Source: an uncultured Candidatus Saccharibacteria bacterium (GTDB lineage Bacteria; Patescibacteriota; Minisyncoccia; UBA6257; 1-14-0-10-40-38). Taken from it: a stretch of 51,148 nucleotides of DNA. The position numbers were made by a program, and so were the translations under genes. Shown one piece after another: positions 1 to 7,507 of the stretch; position 1 is the first letter of the stretch, and each line of letters starts with the position of its first letter. A model generated the notes under the pieces. That model had not been told where the DNA came from and did no database searches. It was given only the letters and a program-made list of their open reading frames with translations. Location: contig CAYIWJ010000004.1 in NCBI GenBank assembly GCA_964367145.1, positions 1-51,148 on the forward strand, written 5' to 3'.

Positions 1-3
1 AAC

Positions 4-28
4 AAAAAGCCCGCGAAGTATCGCGGGC
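4..28 (-). terminator. Intrinsic terminator of ORF 43-381
   Basis: 8-bp GC stem GCCCGCGA/TCGCGGGC followed by a T-tract on the minus strand. Confidence 0.7.
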
Positions 29-42
29 GCAAAACAAAAAAA

Positions 43-381
43 TCAGCGACTCTCGATGGCTTTAGATTCAGGAAACTTGATACCGTCAATACGAGCACTC
101 AACTTATCAAAACCGCGCCCAGTCTCCTCTTCTGTAACTTCAATGCTCTTGTCGCGTGCTTCCTTCCAAGCCTTGTTTAGAAAATCAATCCGAAGTTGAA
201 GCTCGTTCAAATTCTTCCGCAAAGCCGTCACCTCTCGGTCCACCATCTTCGCGCTTGCATTAACCCTATCGCTAAGCACATAACCAACCACCGCAAAAAA
301 GAAAACGATAGCGCAGGACAAAAAAAGCCGGGCTCGTTTTGTGGACAACCAAACCAAAACATCAAGTCGAGTTAAAGACAC
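43..381 (-). CDS. Hypothetical membrane-anchored coiled-coil protein
   Basis: 112-aa ORF with an N-terminal hydrophobic helix and a heptad-rich C-terminal half; SD-like AAGGGG upstream; own terminator. Confidence 0.65.
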   Translation of the reverse strand: MSLTRLDVLVWLSTKRARLFLSCAIVFFFAVVGYVLSDRVNASAKMVDREVTALRKNLNELQLRIDFLNKAWKEARDKSIEVTEEETGRGFDKLSARIDGIKFPESKAIESR

Positions 382-453
382 ATCGAACCCCTTTCAGCAA
401 AAGAAGTCAGTTAAAGAACTATTCGTAGAATAACACAAAAAAACAGATTTTTG

Positions 454-525
454 TGCGCTTTGCAGGGATCGAACCTGCGACCTTTCCGATGTGAACGGAA
501 CGCTCTACCACTGAGCTAAAAGCGC
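454..525 (-). tRNA. tRNA-Val(CAC)
   Basis: Cloverleaf GCGCTTT...; anticodon arm TTCCG-TT CAC AT-CGGAA; T-loop GTTCGATC; CCA not encoded. Confidence 0.95.
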
Positions 526-546
526 GGAATAAACTTGAGCATACAA

Positions 547-580
547 TAAAAACACCGCGGCGCAAACCACGGTGTTTTTA
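547..580 (-). terminator. Intrinsic terminator after rplL
   Basis: AAAAACACCG...CGGTGTTTTT hairpin with flanking T-tracts. Confidence 0.75.
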
Positions 581-600
581 TATAACCACACTTCCAAAAT

Positions 601-969
601 CTATTTTAACTCCGCCGTCGCTCCCGCCGCTTCTAACTTTTTCTTCAAATCCTCGGCCTCGTCCTTTTTAAGTCCGGTCTTCACTACTTTGGGCGCGGCA
701 TCAACTAAATCCTTGGCCTCTTTAAGTCCCAATCCGGTTACTTCGCGCAAAACTTTAATAACCTGAATTTTCTGACCGCCACCGTCTTTAAGCATCACAT
801 CCCAGGCGGTCTTTTCTTCCGCCTCCACCGCCACCGCGGCGCCAGCAGCCGCAACGGGCATCGCCGCCGAAACACCAAACTTCTCCTCCATCGCCTTAAC
901 CAAAGCCGCCAACTCGGTGACCGTCAATTTTTCTACCATTCCGATTATATCCTGCATTTTTTGATCCAT
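601..969 (-). CDS. rplL: 50S ribosomal protein L7/L12
   Basis: [33 protein letters not shown] motifs. Confidence 0.98.
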   Translation of the reverse strand: MDQKMQDIIGMVEKLTVTELAALVKAMEEKFGVSAAMPVAAAGAAVAVEAEEKTAWDVMLKDGGGQKIQVIKVLREVTGLGLKEAKDLVDAAPKVVKTGLKKDEAEDLKKKLEAAGATAELK

Positions 970-1042
970 ATCTTTTAATTTTTTTTAGTCTCTAATAATT
1001 TACTAAACTGCGACCGATAATTTAACTTCTCCTAAATTCGCC

Positions 1043-1564
1043 CTAACCGACCGACGGCGCAACCTCTCGCTTCGCCAATTGATCGACTATGTTCATAAAA
1101 GCTTTGAGTGGCGCAATCATTGTCCCGACCACTTGACCAAGCAGAACCTCGCGTGACGGCAATTGAGCTATTGCGTTAAACTCCGCCACCGATACAAACG
1201 CTCGCGCCGCCAAATCATACGCGCCCAAAACTTTAAATTCTTTCTTTTTATCTTTTAACAACTCCTTGCCAAACTTGTAAACCGCCGAAGCCGCCGGACC
1301 AAGTTCATTCGGCACAAAAACTACTCCAAATTGAGCGCTAAATTGCAAAGGGTCAAATTCAATTCCCTTATCTTTTAGGGCCACCGCAAAAAGCCGCTTG
1401 CGAATAACCCGATATTTGGCGCCGGATGTTCTAAACGCCGCCTTGAGCTTGTTAGTAGCCAAAGTCGGAACTCCGGTAAAATCCGCAAAAATTAAATTCG
1501 CGCTTCCCGTAATCAGGGCTTTATTGACCACGACCTCCTCCTTCTTCTGTTGTTTGGTTAACAT
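1043..1564 (-). CDS. rplJ: 50S ribosomal protein L10
   Basis: ADFTG, LPSREVLLGQV motifs; directly upstream of rplL; start moved to ATG 1564 (MLTKQQK). Confidence 0.93.
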   Translation of the reverse strand: MLTKQQKKEEVVVNKALITGSANLIFADFTGVPTLATNKLKAAFRTSGAKYRVIRKRLFAVALKDKGIEFDPLQFSAQFGVVFVPNELGPAASAVYKFGKELLKDKKKEFKVLGAYDLAARAFVSVAEFNAIAQLPSREVLLGQVVGTMIAPLKAFMNIVDQLAKREVAPSVG

Positions 1565-1614
1565 CGTAAAAATTAAATTTTCTCGCGCCGCTCGACCGCG
1601 GGCGTTCCAGAAAC

Positions 1615-1641
1615 AAAAAAAGTGGCTCACGAATGAGCCAC
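1615..1641 (-). terminator. Terminator/attenuator hairpin within the rplJ leader
   Basis: GTGGCTCA-TTCG-TGAGCCAC followed by T7 on the minus strand, between the L10 leader core and the rplJ ATG. Confidence 0.7.
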
Positions 1642-1680
1642 AGAAAAAAGTGCGAAGCGCGCAGAGCGCACCAAGCAACC

Positions 1681-1720
1681 ATTCCTCAACGGGACTTATA
1701 AATGCCCGTGGTCATCGGAA
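1681..1720 (-). promoter_or_regulatory. L10 leader (L10/L12 autoregulatory RNA) core
   Basis: Minus strand UUCCGAUGACCACGGG...UAAGUCCCGUUGAGGAAU resembles the K-turn core of known rplJ leaders. Confidence 0.75.
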
Positions 1721-1725
1721 AAAAA

Positions 1726-1841
1726 TGCGGGGAAGGCGGTGGCCTGTTGACCCTAAGGAAACTGCAGAGCCACATGACCGAAGCGAAGGACCGTTTTTCA
1801 CGCAGAAGCTGGCCAAAACAAAGCCAACCACCTTCCCCACA
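1726..1841 (-). ncRNA. Rod-like structured RNA, candidate minimal 6S-like RNA
   Basis: GUGGGGAAGGUGGUUGGC pairs with GCCACCGCCUUCCCCGC; G-U wobbles favour the minus strand; identity unproven. Confidence 0.4.
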
Positions 1842-1849
1842 AATTGAGT

Positions 1850-1957
1850 AAGTACCAAAAAGGGTAAACAGTACAGAGCTTACCGCCGGGAGAACTACGA
1901 GAGTTCCTTTTGACGATCCGCCTGCAGTGCCGAGATCCCTACCCATATCCCGAACCG
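1850..1957 (-). ncRNA. Second long imperfect hairpin upstream of rplJ, unknown function
   Basis: Nested stems GGGUAG/UUACCC, UGCAGG/UCUGUA, UCGUC/GGCGG, GGAACU/AGUUCU. Confidence 0.3.
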
Positions 1958-1975
1958 TTAATAAGTGCTAAAGAA

Positions 1976-2005
1976 ACAATAGCACAAGCCTGTTTTGAGC
2001 GTCAA
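1976..2005 (-). promoter_or_regulatory. Sigma70 promoter for the rplJL leader
   Basis: TTGACG, 18-nt spacer ending in TGC, then TATTGT (extended -10). Confidence 0.6.
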
Positions 2006-2027
2006 TAACCCAAGTTCAAGGGATTTT

Positions 2028-2693
2028 TTAATGTCCCCTTCGCCATTCAGCAATCTTGGCGTGATCTCCATTCAAAAGCTCTGTCGGAACTTTAAGCTTT
2101 CTACTCTTTGCGCCAACTTTATATTCAACCATTTCTGGCCGCGTGTAAGTTGGATAAGAACCCTTAACTTCCTCCAAAGATTCCAACTTGCCCAAAACTC
2201 CGGGAATAAAACGAGCTACGGCTTCCGTAAGTGCCAACGCCGGAATTTCACCTCCAGAGAGTACAAAATCACCCAGCGAAACTTCTTCATCGGCCACAAA
2301 CTTAGCCACTCGTTCATCAACGCCCTCATAGCGCCCGCAAATTAAAATCAGGGAGTCATATTTTGAAAGCCTCCGCGCCATCTTTGCGTCCAACTTTTTC
2401 CCGCGCGTAGAAAATAAAATTACTCGAGTTTTGGCTTTTTTATCACTAACCATACCCGCTCTACTGTTAATAAACTCCACCGCCTTCGCGATCGGCTCGA
2501 ACTGCAAAACCATACCCGGCCCGCCACCATAAGGCGGAGCGTCAACTTTATGATGCTTAAGATCAGGAGAAAAATCCCGCAGATTATGCAGAGCAACTTT
2601 AATTAAACCCGCGGCTTGGGCTCGCTTCAAAATACTTTCCTTAAAATAAGCCAAAAGCGGAGCCGGAAAAAGAGAAATAATATGAAATTGCAT
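2028..2693 (-). CDS. trmD: tRNA (guanine37-N1)-methyltransferase
   Basis: PYGGGPGMV, CGRYEGVDER, GDFVLSGGE, YTRP motifs. Confidence 0.98.
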   Translation of the reverse strand: MQFHIISLFPAPLLAYFKESILKRAQAAGLIKVALHNLRDFSPDLKHHKVDAPPYGGGPGMVLQFEPIAKAVEFINSRAGMVSDKKAKTRVILFSTRGKKLDAKMARRLSKYDSLILICGRYEGVDERVAKFVADEEVSLGDFVLSGGEIPALALTEAVARFIPGVLGKLESLEEVKGSYPTYTRPEMVEYKVGAKSRKLKVPTELLNGDHAKIAEWRRGH

Positions 2694-2759
2694 AACTCAA
2701 ATAATACCCTTAAAAGCCCACGCCTCCATCAATAAAAAAAATCGGCTAAAGCCGTTTTT

Positions 2760-3065
2760 TTATTGCGCCGCGCCATCCGTTGGCACAGCCGTCCGAGACT
2801 CGTGCGTGGAACCCTCTGGTTCTTCTATTTTCAAATTAACCCTAGCGTTGTTTTTAATACCGACAATTCTCAAAAGAGAACGAATGGCTTTAGCGGTCGC
2901 CCCCTGTCGTCCCACCACCTGCCCCATGTCTTTGGCGTTGACACGCAACGAAAGCAAAACCCCCATCTCATCAACGGTGCGAATAGTCGCCACATCTTCG
3001 GGATGGTCAACAATCGCCTTGACCAAAAACTCCAGAAAATCCTTGTCCGGTCCAGAATTCGACAT
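2760..3065 (-). CDS. khpA: KH-domain RNA-binding protein
   Basis: DMGQVVGRQGATAKAIR; located between rpsP and trmD. Confidence 0.9.
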   Translation of the reverse strand: MSNSGPDKDFLEFLVKAIVDHPEDVATIRTVDEMGVLLSLRVNAKDMGQVVGRQGATAKAIRSLLRIVGIKNNARVNLKIEEPEGSTHESRTAVPTDGAAQ

Positions 3066-3136
3066 TTAAATTATTTCCAAGCAGAAAATGACCTTTACCC
3101 AGAAACAATAGCACGACAAATCAAAAACTGTCAAAA

Positions 3137-3427
3137 CTAAGCCTTGACCTCCGTGGAAGCCTTCTTAACCGAATGGACGGAACGCTTCGGTCCAGCAATG
3201 GCCCCAACTCGCACCAAAAAATTATGCACTGTATCAGTCGGCAAAGCACCGCGTTGCATCCAATGCTCCAGCCGATCTTTGCGAACTAAATTAGTGTCGT
3301 CTTTAGGATTATACCAGCCCAAATCATCCACTGGTTGACCATTGAGCTTACTGCGGCGCTCGGCCACCACAATCCGATAACTCGGCTGATGTTTGCGCCC
3401 AATCCGACTAAACTTAATTTTCAGCAT
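3137..3427 (-). CDS. rpsP: 30S ribosomal protein S16
   Basis: MLKIKFSRIGRKHQPSYRIVVAE, LGWYNP; start at ATG 3427. Confidence 0.97.
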   Translation of the reverse strand: MLKIKFSRIGRKHQPSYRIVVAERRSKLNGQPVDDLGWYNPKDDTNLVRKDRLEHWMQRGALPTDTVHNFLVRVGAIAGPKRSVHSVKKASTEVKA

Positions 3428-3547
3428 AGAAAACGAGTATACCAAACCCTTAAAAAAAGGCAAATTAATATAAAACCCTTCATCTTTCAGGGATAAACAA
3501 AATAAGCCATCGAACTATACAGAAGCTCAATCGCGAGACCCGAAAGC

Positions 3548-3670
3548 GGCGCAGGATTTTTTGAATAGTTCGGGGAGTAGCCGAGTAAACGCCGGAGCCG
3601 TACTTTAAGCATGTACGGCGACAAGTGGCACAGGCAACGACAAAGAAATATTCAAAAAAGACCAGTCGCC
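3548..3670 (+). repeat. Palindromic structured repeat family A, copy 1
   Basis: ~123-nt hairpin homologous to 7378-7498 and 38746-38869. Confidence 0.8.
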
Positions 3671-5808
3671 TAATCCAATTTCAGTGACAGGATGCGCGAG
3701 GTACCGTCTTCCCTCATCGTTACCCCGTAGAGCACATCCGCCGACTCCATCGTCGCTCGATTGTGCGTCACCACTAAAAATTGAGTTCCCGCCGAAAAAC
3801 TTTTAACCAACTGACCAAACTTGCGACTATTTTGCTCATCAAGCGCCGCGTCCGCCTCGTCCAATACAATAAAAGGCGGCGGGCTTACCGAGATCAATGC
3901 AAACAAAACCGCGAGTGAAACCAAACTCCGCTCCCCGCCCGAAAGCATCTCCAAGCCATGAATTTTTTTACGCGGAATAGAAATCTCGACCTCAAGCCCA
4001 CCTAAATCCACTGGTGCGCCACTAACTGCGACCGAATCAACTGGCTCGGCATCTGGAGCAGAACTTTCTCGCGTCGTCAAAACCAAGCGCGCCTTGCCGC
4101 CGCCAAAAAGTAAATGAAAGTATTTTTGCAATTCATCGTTAATGGCCGTAAGCGAGTCGTTGAACTGACTATGAATCCGTAAATCCAACTCGGCAATCAA
4201 TATCTGCAAGTCTCCCGCCGCTTTTTGCAGATCATTAAACTCCCGCTCCAAAAAAATATATCGCTTCTCGGCTTCTTCGGCTTCGCGAACCAGGCTCGGA
4301 TCAACTTCCCCCGCCGCCGCAAGCTCCATTCTAAGTTTAACCACTCTCCGCTCGCCAGACACCAGATCAAAATGCGGATCAAAAATAAAAGCCTTAAATT
4401 CATCCAGTCGTCCGCCAAAGGTTTCAATTTCAGCTTCAATGTCTTTCATTTTAAGAAGACCTCGCTCTCGGGCAAACTCCACCTCTCGTCGTTCTCTCTC
4501 CAAATTTACCACCCTATCCTTAGCCGACTCAAAAGCGGCGAATGCTTCTTTGAAAGTTTTTTGAAAAGTCTCCAGCTGATTAGTTCGCGCCTCATCCGCC
4601 GCGGAAAAACTGGCCAACCGCGACTTCAACTCGGTAATCTTCGCCGCCAAATTTTGATGCAACTCGGTTAGATTGCGCTTCCGCGCGCCATCGTCACTCT
4701 CGCCTTCGGCTTCCAGTAATTCTTCAACATCTTTAACCACCTGCAAAATATAGGAATGCAGTTCGTCCAAGTCCTCAGCGGCTAAAAGTTCCTCCGCGTT
4801 CATCTTAAAGTCGCGCAAAAAATCCGCCAGCTCGTCCGCATCAAGTCGACTCACTGATTTAGTTTCAACAAACTCCATCTGCGCCTCCACCCGGCCAAGT
4901 TCTTTTTGTAAAGCCACCAGTTTTTCGTTAAGCTCGGCTTGCTCGCGTAAACGATTGGTCGCATCCGCTCCGCGCGGAGTAGCGGCGGATTCAATCTTGC
5001 GCAAAACAGTCTCCGCGACTTTCAAAGCCTCGCGCGCGGCCAAAATCTGCCGATCCAAAAGCTCAAAACGCGGCGTGAACTGACTCAACTCACTCAAGAT
5101 TAACGACAATCGCTTGCCAAAATAATGCTTGGCGACTTCATCCAGTTCCGCTTTAAGTTCATCTAACTTGGCAAATTTCGCCGTCTGTCTTCGCAACAAC
5201 CGAACGTGCGGCAACATTTCTTCAATCAAAGCTTTGGCTTTGTCCAAATTAGTTTTAGTGGAATCAAGCTTTAGTTCGGCATCATGTTTTTTAATCTGAA
5301 ACTGACGCAAACCCAATATCTCCTCCAGCATCATTCTGCGCTCTCTGGGCAAAGAACGCACAAATAGATCGCTCTCGCCCTGATTGATGATGGAAAAGCC
5401 TTTGGAGCCAAGCCGCGACTTGGCAAAGAAATCCAAGACATCTTTCAAACGAACCTCGGCCTCGTTCAAATAAAAACGCGCCTCGCCATCGCGGCTAATT
5501 TTGCGCCGAATTGTCACCTCCGCAAAATCAACCGGAAAAAAATTATCCGCGTTGTCAAAAGTCACCGCCACCTGCGCCAAACTCATCCGCGAAGCAGTTT
5601 GAGTTCCGGCAAAAATCACATCCTCCGCCCGTAAACTCCGGGCATTCTTCGCCTCCCGCGCGCCCAAAATCCAACGAAAGGCATCAATAATGTTGGATTT
5701 ACCCGAACCATTCGGCCCCACAACCGCCGTAATGCCTCCGGTAAAATCCAAAACCGTCTTGTTGGCGAATGATTTAAAACCCGCGAGCTCCAGTCGTTTA
5801 AGTTTCAT
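3670..5808 (-). CDS. smc: SMC-family ATPase, short and without a recognisable hinge
   Basis: GFKSFA, GPNGSGKSN, LSGGE, LDEADAALD, VTHN; 712 aa; downstream of rnc. Confidence 0.88.
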   Translation of the reverse strand: MKLKRLELAGFKSFANKTVLDFTGGITAVVGPNGSGKSNIIDAFRWILGAREAKNARSLRAEDVIFAGTQTASRMSLAQVAVTFDNADNFFPVDFAEVTIRRKISRDGEARFYLNEAEVRLKDVLDFFAKSRLGSKGFSIINQGESDLFVRSLPRERRMMLEEILGLRQFQIKKHDAELKLDSTKTNLDKAKALIEEMLPHVRLLRRQTAKFAKLDELKAELDEVAKHYFGKRLSLILSELSQFTPRFELLDRQILAAREALKVAETVLRKIESAATPRGADATNRLREQAELNEKLVALQKELGRVEAQMEFVETKSVSRLDADELADFLRDFKMNAEELLAAEDLDELHSYILQVVKDVEELLEAEGESDDGARKRNLTELHQNLAAKITELKSRLASFSAADEARTNQLETFQKTFKEAFAAFESAKDRVVNLERERREVEFARERGLLKMKDIEAEIETFGGRLDEFKAFIFDPHFDLVSGERRVVKLRMELAAAGEVDPSLVREAEEAEKRYIFLEREFNDLQKAAGDLQILIAELDLRIHSQFNDSLTAINDELQKYFHLLFGGGKARLVLTTRESSAPDAEPVDSVAVSGAPVDLGGLEVEISIPRKKIHGLEMLSGGERSLVSLAVLFALISVSPPPFIVLDEADAALDEQNSRKFGQLVKSFSAGTQFLVVTHNRATMESADVLYGVTMREDGTSRILSLKLD

Positions 5809-5829
5809 ATAATGTTCCGGCAATCTTTC

Positions 5830-6522
5830 TCACTGCCATTTCATCTCCCCCAACGCTTGCTTAGCCGCTTCAAGTTCCGCTTCTTGTTTGGACGGCCCAA
5901 ATCCCTCCGCAATCAGTTTTTCAGCAAAATAAACTCCCATCGTAAAAATCCGGTCGTGATCCGGCCCGGTTTCTCGCAGAACTTTATACTTCGGCGTTAA
6001 CTTCAAAACACTCTGCGCCTTTTCTTGCAGGAGACTCTTAGAATCTTTGAAGCTTCCCTCGGCGATAATTTCGGAAAGGTGAATCATCACTCGCGAAACA
6101 ATAAATCTCTTCACTTCGCCATAACCAAGATCCAGATACAGCGCGCCAACCAGCGATTCAAATGCGTTCGCCATAATCACCTCTCGCGCCTTGCCGGTAT
6201 CTTTGGCCTCCCCTCGTGATAAAAAAATAAACGCTTCTAACTGAATTTCCCCGGCAATTTTGGCTAAAATTTGATAGTTAACCAAGGCCGCCCGAAAACT
6301 GGTCAAAATTCCCTCTTGATAGTCGGGAAAGCGATGGTAAAGCTCCTCGGTAACCGTGAGCTCCAGCACGGCATCACCCAGAAATTCCAATCGTTCGTTA
6401 TGCGGCACATCCCAATCTGGTCGTTCGTTTAAATAAGAACGATGTGTCAAAGCTTCGCGCAATAAAGCCTTATTGGAAAAGGAAAAGCCGATGCTTCGTT
6501 CAAATAAAGACAAGTCGGGCAT
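5830..6522 (-). CDS. rnc: Ribonuclease III
   Basis: ALTHRS, NERLEFLGDAVL, C-terminal dsRBD. Confidence 0.98.
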   Translation of the reverse strand: MPDLSLFERSIGFSFSNKALLREALTHRSYLNERPDWDVPHNERLEFLGDAVLELTVTEELYHRFPDYQEGILTSFRAALVNYQILAKIAGEIQLEAFIFLSRGEAKDTGKAREVIMANAFESLVGALYLDLGYGEVKRFIVSRVMIHLSEIIAEGSFKDSKSLLQEKAQSVLKLTPKYKVLRETGPDHDRIFTMGVYFAEKLIAEGFGPSKQEAELEAAKQALGEMKWQ

Positions 6523-6527
6523 AAACT

Positions 6528-6998
6528 TCAGGATATCTCTTTCGGGTTTTGATCTTTAGTCGGAGGCTGATCAGTTTTGGCCTTGGCGAGTTCTTTGTAA
6601 ACCGTGCCCAAAACTCCGTTAATAAATTTTCCGGAATTCGGTCCGCCATAATTTTTAGCCAGTTCAATCGCCTCGTTAATCGCCACCTTTGGCGGAACCT
6701 CCTCGGGATTGGCAAACAATAGTTCAAATAGTCCGATCCGCAAGGCATTACGGTCTACAATAGAAATTTGCTGAAGCGGCCAATCTGGCGCGGCACGCGT
6801 GATTATAATATCAATTTCTTCTTGATGAGCCACGACCCCATTGGCCAAATCTCGAGCAAACTGCGGCTCATCAAGTCCCGGAGCAAACTCTCCAAGATTT
6901 CTCTCTAAAAAGGAAACCAAATCTGTTTTGCGACCATAAAAATCCCATTCGTAGAGGGATTGCAGAACGACTGAACGGGCGAGTTGTCGAGTTGCCAT
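6528..6998 (-). CDS. nusB: Transcription antitermination factor NusB
   Basis: [29 protein letters not shown]. Confidence 0.97.
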   Translation of the reverse strand: MATRQLARSVVLQSLYEWDFYGRKTDLVSFLERNLGEFAPGLDEPQFARDLANGVVAHQEEIDIIITRAAPDWPLQQISIVDRNALRIGLFELLFANPEEVPPKVAINEAIELAKNYGGPNSGKFINGVLGTVYKELAKAKTDQPPTKDQNPKEIS

Positions 6999-7076
6999 AC
7001 AAGCGACTTAAAAAACACTAATTCCGACAAATCAACTGACAAAAAAATAGTACCACAACTCCGATAAAAATACCTG

Positions 7077-7232
7077 CTACTTATAACTCCCGCACTGCGC
7101 GCAAGCACGATGCGGAATCCGCGGGCCTTTGCACTTTGGACAAACGGCAATTACCACGCGCTTGAGCGCCAAATGCGATCGCCTTCGCCCTACCTTTGAT
7201 TTAGAATGATGTTTAACTGGTACGCCTCCCAT
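7077..7232 (-). CDS. rpmF: 50S ribosomal protein L32 (not in ORF track)
   Basis: MGGVPVKHHSKSKVGRRRSHLALK...CPKC...PHRACAQCGSYK, 51 aa with zinc-ribbon cysteines. Confidence 0.95.
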   Translation of the reverse strand: MGGVPVKHHSKSKVGRRRSHLALKRVVIAVCPKCKGPRIPHRACAQCGSYK

Positions 7233-7377
7233 ATTATTTAAGTCTCTCCATGCTAGCTTAACTAAAAATTTTGGTCAATCACCTGCCTGTCTTTTCTCAC
7301 CTAAGCCAAGTATAATGAAAGAAAAAATAGAGGCTATAATCGCTAAACCGCACAATCAAAAATTCATTAAATTTAAT

Positions 7378-7498
7378 GGCGAAGGATTTTTCGCGAAGTT
7401 CAAGGAGGAAGTGAGTAAGTGCCAGAGGTGTACTTTAAAACAAGTACACCGATAAACGACGGAACTTCCGACAAAGAAATGCGGGAAAAAGACGAGCC
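7378..7498 (+). repeat. Palindromic structured repeat family A, copy 2 (dnaE 5' UTR)
   Basis: Shares GGAG, GAGTAA, GTAC-loop-GTAC and CGACAAAG motifs with copies 1 and 3; stems covary. Confidence 0.8.
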
Positions 7499-7507
7499 AA
7501 GATTCAA

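Noticed and set aside
1565-1946. N-terminal extension of rplJ to 1678 and ORF 1686-1946
   Set aside because: They run through the L10 leader, terminator and hairpins; L10 homology begins at ATG 1564.
1726-1957. SRP RNA, RNase P RNA or tmRNA identity for the rods
   Set aside because: No CAGG..GNRA..AGCA helix 8, no GAGGAAAGUCC and no tRNA-like ends were found.
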